DNA of 57,713 nucleotides from Candidatus Omnitrophota bacterium (GTDB lineage Bacteria; Omnitrophota; Gorgyraeia; 2-02-FULL-51-18): NCBI GenBank assembly GCA_016197155.1, contig JACPWF010000032.1, positions 1 to 57,713 of the forward strand, read 5' to 3'. Shown piece by piece: positions 51,402 to 57,713 of this stretch (position 1 is its first letter; each line of letters starts with the position of its first letter). The notes under the pieces were generated by a model. It saw only the letters and a program-made list of their open reading frames with translations, ran no database searches and was not told where the DNA came from. The position numbers and the translations under genes were made by a program.

Positions 51402-51877
51402 CCGCCCTCGGCGGTCTCGTGCACCTGGTCGGCTTTTGGAGGCAGGTTGAAGACCTCGGTCGGGAAAAGTTCCGATAAAAAGGTGACGATGGTCCGGATC
51501 GAAAGCACCCCGTTCATGTGGCCCTGCTCGTCCACCAGCGGGATGTGCCGGACGCTGTAATCCTTCATGACGTCGATGGCCATGCCGACCGTGTCCGATT
51601 TCGAAAGGGGCCGGATGTTTTTATTCATGTATTTGTCGAGGGTCTCTTTCAGCGAAACGCCTTTTTGCAGGACCTTCATCAGCACCTCGCGCTCCGTGAA
51701 CATTCCCACGACCTTCAACTGCCGGTCGGCGACCACGAGGTAGCCGGCCTTTTCCTTTTGCATGAGCGCCAGCGCGTTTTCGAGGGTCGTCTCGGGTGGC
51801 GCGGTCACGAGCTTGGGGCGCAGGATCTGGTAAATTTTTGTCTCTTTTAGAATTTCTTCGATGGTTTTTACGGGCAT
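51398..51877 (-). CDS. CBS-pair protein
   Basis: GMFTERE, VRHIPLVD; ATGA overlap with korA. Confidence 0.9.
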   Translation of the reverse strand: MPVKTIEEILKETKIYQILRPKLVTAPPETTLENALALMQKEKAGYLVVADRQLKVVGMFTEREVLMKVLQKGVSLKETLDKYMNKNIRPLSKSDTVGMAIDVMKDYSVRHIPLVDEQGHMNGVLSIRTIVTFLSELFPTEVFNLPPKADQVHETAEGG

Positions 51878-51883
51878 TTGGGC

Positions 51884-51912
51884 AGTATATCACAAATCAA
51901 ATATTTTGTGAA
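51884..51912 (-). promoter_or_regulatory. Promoter of the CBS-korAB operon (leaderless-type)
   Basis: TTCACA-17 bp-TATACT with an extended TG, ending 6 nt before ATG 51877. Confidence 0.6.
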
Positions 51913-51935
51913 AAATGACCAAAAGGGCCGCCAAT

Positions 51936-51964
51936 TTGACTATTCTTCCTTTATATGGTAATTT
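51936..51964 (+). promoter_or_regulatory. Promoter of the AAA ATPase gene
   Basis: TTGACT-17 bp-TAATTT with extended TG, 7 nt before ATG 51972; flanked by inverted TGACCAAA/TTTGGTCA. Confidence 0.5.
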
Positions 51965-51971
51965 GGTCAGC

Positions 51972-53189
51972 ATGAAAGAACGCTACCTCAGTTCTCTGAT
52001 AGAAGAATTTTGTTTCAAGGACCACAAGATGGCTTTTGTTTCGGGGCCGCGCCAATGCGGCAAAACGACGTTAGCCAAAACACTTCTTAATCGCAGGTCT
52101 GTCGGAGCCTATTTTAATTGGGATGAAAGCGAATTTCGAAGAATTTGGACGAAAAACCCCTCTCAAATCATTCCGGAAACGGATCAAATCCCCATGGTTG
52201 TCCTGGATGAGATCCATAAAGCCAAATTGTGGAAACGCACGTTGAAAGGCGTCTATGACACGCTTGCCGCGCCCGCTGATATCGTGGTCACCGGCAGCGC
52301 CAGGCTCAACGTTTACAATAAAGGCAGTGACAGTTTGCTGGGGCGGTATTTTCATTTCAGGCTTCACCCTTTCACTTTGAGGGAAATGGTAAAAAATGAC
52401 CCGGTTCGTCCCAAAGGTTTCATCGAAAGCATTTTCTCTCGTCTGCGGCCGGTTTCAAAAAATGATCAGGAGAATTTGGAAGCGCTTTTTCGTTTCGGAG
52501 GGTTTCCGGAACCTCTTTTTTCGCGCAATGAACGAAAGGCCAGGCTGTGGAGAGCCAGCCGCGTGGAAAAAGTGATCCGGGAGGATTTGAGGGACTTGAG
52601 CCGCATTCCCGAACTCAGTCAGATCGAAATGCTGGCTTCTCTTTTGCCGGAAAAAGTGGGGTCTCTTTTCAGCATTGTGTCGGTAAAGGAGGATTTGGAG
52701 GTCAGTTTTCAGACGGTCAAGCGGTGGATCGATTATTTGAAGGAGCTTTACTATCTTTTTGAGGTCAAGCCGTTTCATCGCTCCATTGTCCGGTCATTGA
52801 AGAAAGAAGGTAAAATTTATTTGTGGGATTATGGTGAAATCCAAGATCCGGCGGCGCGGTTTGAGAATTTGACGGCCTGTCATTTGCTGAAGACCTGTCA
52901 TTACTGGACGGACGGCGGGGAAGGGAATTTCGATCTGTTTTATTTGAGGGACAAAGAAAAACATGAGATCGATTTTTTGATCACAAAAGACGGAAAACCG
53001 TGGCTCCCCATCGAAGTGAAACTAAACGACGCGACCCCCTCGCCGCATTGGAAAAAATTCCTCAACCAGATGCCGTGCCGCGAGGCCATCCAAATCGTGA
53101 AGACGCCTCGTCATTGGAAAATTCATTCATTTGGTGACCGCCAAATCCTTGTGGCAAGCGCCGGAGAACTGTTGGGATATTTCATCTGA
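51972..53189 (+). CDS. AAA+ ATPase (AAA_14 plus DUF4143 type)
   Basis: GPRQCGKTT, LDEIH, VTGSA, GGFPE, EIDF...IEVK; alternative start at 51915. Confidence 0.9.
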   Translation: MKERYLSSLIEEFCFKDHKMAFVSGPRQCGKTTLAKTLLNRRSVGAYFNWDESEFRRIWTKNPSQIIPETDQIPMVVLDEIHKAKLWKRTLKGVYDTLAAPADIVVTGSARLNVYNKGSDSLLGRYFHFRLHPFTLREMVKNDPVRPKGFIESIFSRLRPVSKNDQENLEALFRFGGFPEPLFSRNERKARLWRASRVEKVIREDLRDLSRIPELSQIEMLASLLPEKVGSLFSIVSVKEDLEVSFQTVKRWIDYLKELYYLFEVKPFHRSIVRSLKKEGKIYLWDYGEIQDPAARFENLTACHLLKTCHYWTDGGEGNFDLFYLRDKEKHEIDFLITKDGKPWLPIEVKLNDATPSPHWKKFLNQMPCREAIQIVKTPRHWKIHSFGDRQILVASAGELLGYFI

Positions 53190-53191
53190 CC

Positions 53192-54301
53192 ATGGCTAAT
53201 TTGATCAAAAAACTGAGCGAATTCGGCGAGGGTTTCAGGCATCACCACGAAAATTACCGGGCGCGCGCGATTTCCGAGATCCAGGAAACCGGAGGGGTCC
53301 TGCCGGCGGGGGACTTCCTTTTTCATTTTCCGGAGCATTTCGGTTTTTGCTACGGCGTGGACAAGGCCATTGACATGGTGTTTGAGACCTGCGACCGTTT
53401 CCGGGGAAAAACGATTTATTTGACGGATCAGCTCATTCACAATCCCTACATTAACGGAAAATTGAAAGAAAAGGGCGTGCGTTATTTAAGGCGCGGCGCG
53501 GACAATCTCCTGGCCTGCGGGGAGTTGGAGCCGGACGATGTGGTGGTCGTCTCGGCGTTTGGGACGGATTTTCGCGACATCGCGCGCCTCCAGAATAAGG
53601 GGGTGACGGTCGTCGATTCCACCTGCGGCGCCATCATCAATGTCTGGAAACGCGTCGAGCGCTACGCCCGCGAGGGTTTTCTCACCGTCATGCACGGCAA
53701 GCGGAACCACGAGGAAACGCGCGCCACGGTCTCTCAGGCCGTCAAAGAGGGCGGAGACTATCTCATCATCGAAAATAAAGAAGAGGCCCAGGCCCTTGCC
53801 CGCCGGATCCGAAATGAAATGAAAGAGGACGATTGCAAAATGGGCATGGCCAATCAAACGACGATGTTAAAAGGCGAGTCGCTGGAGATCCAGGAGCTTT
53901 TGCGGGCGGCTTTTGTCGAGCGCTTCGGAGAAGAAGAAACGAAAACACGTTTCCGGAGCTTTGACACGATCTGCGGGGCGACGCAGGACCGTCAGGATGC
54001 CCTCAGAAAACTTTTGAATGAAAAACTGGATCTGGTTCTCATCGTCGGCGGGTTCAACAGTTCCAACACCACTCACCTGGCCGAAATTGCCGACGGAAAG
54101 CTTCCTTTTTATCACCTTGAAAGCGCAGGAGACCTTGTTTCAAAACATGAAATCCGTGCGCGTGATCCCCGCACGAGCCACATCATGGTTCAGAGCGGTT
54201 GGTTGAAAGAGGGGACGAAAAATATTGGAATCACTTCAGGGGCCTCGACGCCGGACGTCACGCTCGCCGAGATTGTCGAGAAAATTTGCGGATGGAAATG
54301 A
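53192..54301 (+). CDS. ispH: 4-hydroxy-3-methylbut-2-enyl diphosphate reductase
   Basis: FGFCYGV, IHNP, DSTC, HEE, NQTT, DTICGATQDRQ, SSNT, TSGASTP. Confidence 0.96.
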   Translation: MANLIKKLSEFGEGFRHHHENYRARAISEIQETGGVLPAGDFLFHFPEHFGFCYGVDKAIDMVFETCDRFRGKTIYLTDQLIHNPYINGKLKEKGVRYLRRGADNLLACGELEPDDVVVVSAFGTDFRDIARLQNKGVTVVDSTCGAIINVWKRVERYAREGFLTVMHGKRNHEETRATVSQAVKEGGDYLIIENKEEAQALARRIRNEMKEDDCKMGMANQTTMLKGESLEIQELLRAAFVERFGEEETKTRFRSFDTICGATQDRQDALRKLLNEKLDLVLIVGGFNSSNTTHLAEIADGKLPFYHLESAGDLVSKHEIRARDPRTSHIMVQSGWLKEGTKNIGITSGASTPDVTLAEIVEKICGWK

Positions 54302-55682
54302 ATCCCAAAAACGCCGCCTGCCCGACGAGGTAATAAACCACCCAGCGCATCCCCCCCGTGCCCTGGCCGTAGCTGTGCAGGCCGCGGCCGAGGACGAAGT
54401 TCACGCCGTACCAGGTCATGAGAACGACGCTAAATCCCAGAACGGCCGCCAGCGCCAGATAAAAATCACTTATTTTTTTGGCGAATTTCAAATGGACCAC
54501 GATGAGGTAAGTCAAAAACGTGATGAGCGCCCACGTTTCCTTGGGGTCCCATCCCCAAAAACGTCCCCAGGACTCGTTGGCCCACACCCCGCCCAGCACC
54601 GTGCCCGTGCCGATGAGAAGCGGCCCCAGCTGAATCACGCGGTAAACCAGATCCGCCGATTCTTTTTCCGAGACACCCGTCAGTTTTCCGAAGGCCTCGC
54701 AAAAAAGATGCCGGTTCCCGAGGGCCATTGCCAGGCCAAACGCGCCGTAGCTCGACACGACCGTCATGACGTGAATCGAAAGCCAGTAATTGCTCCGCAG
54801 GACCGGCACGAGGACGTCGAGGCCCGGGTCCAGCGGCAGGAGATTCGCGTAAACCATGACGAGACCGCTGGCCGCGGATCCGGCGACCAGCGCGAGCAGA
54901 TTTTTCCGAAGGGCGGAAAACGCCGCGGCAAAAACGATGAGCACCCAGTTCATGAAGATCATCGATTCGTACATGTTCGAAACCGGCGGCCGCGCGAGAA
55001 TGGCCACGCGCGCCGCGATCCCCGCGGTGTGAAATAAAAACGCGCCACCCAGCGCCACCCACCCGATTTTTTTAAGGATGGGATTCTTTTTGAAAAGCGT
55101 CAGAAGGAAAAATGCCAGGAAATAAAAAAACGCGGCGCGCTCGAAGGGTTTGGCCCGGTTGGCTAAAAGCTCGATCCCCGCGCGCGTGAGGGACTCGCCG
55201 GGAGCGGGCGTGAACGCCTCCCCCCGCCCGAGTTTTTCGACCGCGTCGATTTGGGCGTAAAGGAGTTCCGCTTTTTGCTCGAGCTTCGAGGGCCTCAGGT
55301 CGCTGTCGCGTTTGGCCTTCGCGCTCCGGACGAGAGAACCGATTTTTTCGAGGCGCGCGTCGGTTTCGGAGAGCGAAAAGTAGCGCCGCTCCCCGGAAAG
55401 CCCAAGTGATTTTTTAAGTTCCGCGCTCTCGATGCGGATCCACTCGAAGCCGTTTATTTTCGACGGGTGATCCGACAGATCACGGATGACCGCCGCCGCG
55501 GATCGGCCCTGCCAACCCTCGGACCCCGCGACCAGACGCAGGGTTTCCCGCGCGTAGGAATCGAAGGGTTTCACGCGGCCGTTGTGGCGCACTGGCGCCG
55601 GGTCCCCGCAGCCGGCGAGGAGGAGAGAAATTAAAAAAAGAAAGATGGCCCGGTGATTTTTAATTTTGACGCCCATTTTCAA
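54258..55682 (-). CDS. ccsA: Cytochrome c biogenesis system II, CcsA/ResC
   Basis: PPVSNMYES, PVLRSNYWLSIHV, WANESWGRFWGWDPKE. Confidence 0.93.
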   Translation of the reverse strand: MKMGVKIKNHRAIFLFLISLLLAGCGDPAPVRHNGRVKPFDSYARETLRLVAGSEGWQGRSAAAVIRDLSDHPSKINGFEWIRIESAELKKSLGLSGERRYFSLSETDARLEKIGSLVRSAKAKRDSDLRPSKLEQKAELLYAQIDAVEKLGRGEAFTPAPGESLTRAGIELLANRAKPFERAAFFYFLAFFLLTLFKKNPILKKIGWVALGGAFLFHTAGIAARVAILARPPVSNMYESMIFMNWVLIVFAAAFSALRKNLLALVAGSAASGLVMVYANLLPLDPGLDVLVPVLRSNYWLSIHVMTVVSSYGAFGLAMALGNRHLFCEAFGKLTGVSEKESADLVYRVIQLGPLLIGTGTVLGGVWANESWGRFWGWDPKETWALITFLTYLIVVHLKFAKKISDFYLALAAVLGFSVVLMTWYGVNFVLGRGLHSYGQGTGGMRWVVYYLVGQAAFLGFISIRKFSRQSRRA

Positions 55683-57141
55683 AAAGAGGATAGAAATAAA
55701 AAAGCATGACTACACCCAGCAGAATGATTATAGCACCCGTGTAGATGAACCGGATCCCCGGATTTTTGGCGATCGTGAACACCGACGCCTCGCCGGCCGA
55801 GGGGTCCTGGATATAGGAAGACTGAAAAACGCGCCAGCCTTTGTAGTCGAGAGGTTTATTCATTTTGATCGTGCGTTCGAGGGTGAGTTTTTCCTTTGGA
55901 TCGAAAAGTGTGACGTCGCTTTCAAACGCGGCGGGCCTCGACGTGCCGGGGTAGTCGATTTTTCTGAAATCCTTAAGCGCCAGGGAAAAAGGCAGTTGGC
56001 GGCTCACGGGAACGGCTCCCTCGCCGCGATCCGTTTTTTCGATGGTTTTCACGATCCGCGCGCGGTTAAAAATTTTCCTCACGGTGAGCGTCATGTCCAT
56101 CCAGCCGGTTTGAATTTTCTGGCCCTCGGCGACCTCCCCGCGTGTGGCGCCCGCCCGCGCGCGGGATTCGTAGGACCAGTGATCGCCATTTGTCTCAAAC
56201 GTAAACCCCGGCCCTTTTTTTTCGCGGAATTCTTCCGGAAGGGGCACTTCGAGAAAAACCTGAAGGTCAAACACGTTGTTCGCGGGGCCCCCGCGCAGGG
56301 ACGGGAAATGGGGGAAGAGGAAAAATTTCGTGTGGCGTTCGGAGCGGCCACGGTCGTCGGTGATTTCAAATTCGGCGGCGGGATTGAAGCGGACGGTTTT
56401 GGGAGAATTGACGAGGCGGTTATTTTCCACCTTCGCGTTGGGGTAATATTGGAGATTGCGGACGGTTAAATTTATGTCGCGTAGGGGCAATTCATGAATT
56501 GCCCCTACGGTGGCGTCTTGCAGGGAAACCGCCTGCGTGCGGCCCGCGTGGGAAATGTTCAGTAGGGGCGAGGCGCCCCCTCGCCCGTCCGTATTATTTC
56601 CGGCGGCCGATTTTAATTCAAACCGCCCCGGCCCCATCTCTTTTACGGCCGAATCCGGGTCGTCGGGGTCGCGCTCGATGAGCGTGAGAGGTTGATTCAT
56701 ACCCGCCATTTCGCTTGAGAGCACGGCCTCGATCGCGTGATTGGCCGCGTCGCCGGGGGCGCCCTCGACGAGCGATTTTTTCTCGAATTTTTCGAGGAGG
56801 ATCCGGTTTTTTTCCTCATTTTCGAAAATCGTCATCTGGCCCTCGACGCCGCCCGCGCGGGAGAAAAGGGCACCCGCTAGAAGCGTCAAAATTCCGATGT
56901 GGGTGATCACGAAGCCGATGTGTTTTTTCCTGAAGGGCAATCGCGAAAGCGTGGCGCAGAGGATGTTGAACCAGACCAGCGCCAGAAAAACGTTAAACCA
57001 CGCGTTCCCGTAAAAGAGTTTTTGGGCAAGGGGCGTGCCATAGGCGGATTCCATGACGGTCGAAACGGCCAGGAGGACGGCCAGAGCCGCAATGAGAAAA
57101 AGGGCCACACGCAGAGAGCCGATTAATTTAATAAAAAACAT
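55660..57141 (-). CDS. Cytochrome c biogenesis system II, CcsB/ResB-like
   Basis: N-terminal TMs with THIG, LPF.L.L.DF...YPG, I.MNKPL.Y.GWR.FQSSY, C-terminal TM; adjacent to ccsA. Confidence 0.88.
   Translation of the reverse strand: MFFIKLIGSLRVALFLIAALAVLLAVSTVMESAYGTPLAQKLFYGNAWFNVFLALVWFNILCATLSRLPFRKKHIGFVITHIGILTLLAGALFSRAGGVEGQMTIFENEEKNRILLEKFEKKSLVEGAPGDAANHAIEAVLSSEMAGMNQPLTLIERDPDDPDSAVKEMGPGRFELKSAAGNNTDGRGGASPLLNISHAGRTQAVSLQDATVGAIHELPLRDINLTVRNLQYYPNAKVENNRLVNSPKTVRFNPAAEFEITDDRGRSERHTKFFLFPHFPSLRGGPANNVFDLQVFLEVPLPEEFREKKGPGFTFETNGDHWSYESRARAGATRGEVAEGQKIQTGWMDMTLTVRKIFNRARIVKTIEKTDRGEGAVPVSRQLPFSLALKDFRKIDYPGTSRPAAFESDVTLFDPKEKLTLERTIKMNKPLDYKGWRVFQSSYIQDPSAGEASVFTIAKNPGIRFIYTGAIIILLGVVMLFYFYPLFENGRQN
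56480..56509. repeat. Perfect 30-bp GTAG-type REP palindrome inside ccsB
   Basis: CGTAGGGGCAATTCA|TGAATTGCCCCTACG. Confidence 0.85.
56562..56590. repeat. Degenerate GTAG-type REP inside ccsB
   Basis: GTAGGGGCGAGGCGCCCCCTCGCCCGTCC (GGGCGAGG...CCTCGCCC stem). Confidence 0.7.
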
Positions 57142-57215
57142 AAGGCCACATTATGAAGCATTTTCGCCTCTTTCGCAAGGCAAACAGGCGATGGGATAAA
57201 CGGGGACTGGATGAG

Positions 57216-57255
57216 CGGGGACTGTCCCTTTTTGGCCAAAAAGGGACAGTCCCCG
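57216..57255. repeat. Perfect 40-bp intergenic palindrome
   Basis: CGGGGACTGTCCCTTTTTGG|CCAAAAAGGGACAGTCCCCG. Confidence 0.9.
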
Positions 57256-57269
57256 TGGAGGAGGGGGTC

Positions 57270-57296
57270 GTAGGGGTCAGAGGCCTCCGACCCCGC
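57270..57296. repeat. GTAG-type REP-like hairpin
   Basis: GTAGGGGTCAGAGGCCTCCGACCCCGC. Confidence 0.65.
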
Positions 57297-57473
57297 CTTC
57301 ACTTATTAAAAACATTTATCAATTAATATCTAATTTGGGTTATATATTATGTAAGTTATTTATAATAAATAACTTATGATATTTATATTATTGGGCCTTT
57401 CTATTGAATTTACGTAATTTGTCATGTATATTCTTACTAGTAACCGCTAATAAGTACTCGTGGAGGGGTTAAG

Positions 57474-57584
57474 ATGTATAAAAAAGCTATCCTGGTTTTA
57501 ACCCTATTTTTAACTTTGGTAAATTTTTCTGGCTTGCAAAAATCTATTTTTGCGGACGGCCTCAGCGAGTCTGACCCCGGATAA
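57474..57584 (+). pseudogene. 36-aa signal-peptide-only ORF (gene remnant or small peptide)
   Basis: GGAGGG RBS, then MYKKAILVLTLFLTLVNFSGLQKSIFADGLSESDPG*. Confidence 0.4.
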
Positions 57585-57713
57585 GGACGTAGAAATCATT
57601 GATTTTATTTTTGAGCCTCGGCCTAACTATAAGATTTCCCTCTTTGCGTGTTATAGGCCTCCACATCCCACTAATGAAAGTAGGTTTTTTACGGTTTTGG
57701 AAAAAAAATTGAC

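Overview
Bacterial genomic window; the taxon is probably Ca. Omnitrophota/PVC (inference from the giant ORF and gene content). The first 27.3 kb is one giant reading frame, open from the window's 5' edge (at least 9,108 aa, N-terminus outside the window). It reads like a polyprotein. About 15 unrelated modules are delimited by a short recurrent peptide, [G/A/P]-A-R-L-[A/S/T] ('GARLA'; 19 copies, encoded by varied codons). The modules include a clan GH-A glycoside hydrolase, a CBM-like domain, two FKS/callose-synthase-related glucan synthases (one with near-canonical GT48 motifs), a DUF89 phosphatase, two guanylate-kinase-like domains, a Nudix domain, a GHMP kinase and a NAGPA-like domain. Several motif copies are followed directly by internal signal-peptide-like segments, which suggests an undescribed proteolytic processing system. 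The rest is mostly housekeeping: GT4, hemD-hemE-hemH-hemY, GST, acyl-CoA dehydrogenase, DJ-1, a RelE-type TA pair, a PD-(D/E)XK nuclease, tusA, nrnA, apgM, a FAD oxidoreductase, a PHP histidinol phosphatase, VOC, bcp, ferredoxin, a TonB/TolA-like gene, thiC, an MTase-GT2 fusion, CBS-korAB-CBS, an AAA ATPase, ispH and ccsBA. Several REP-like palindromes lie in-frame inside genes, and several operons look leaderless. All domain calls come from motifs recognised by eye; no database search was run. Residue numbers refer to the supplied 9041-aa translation.
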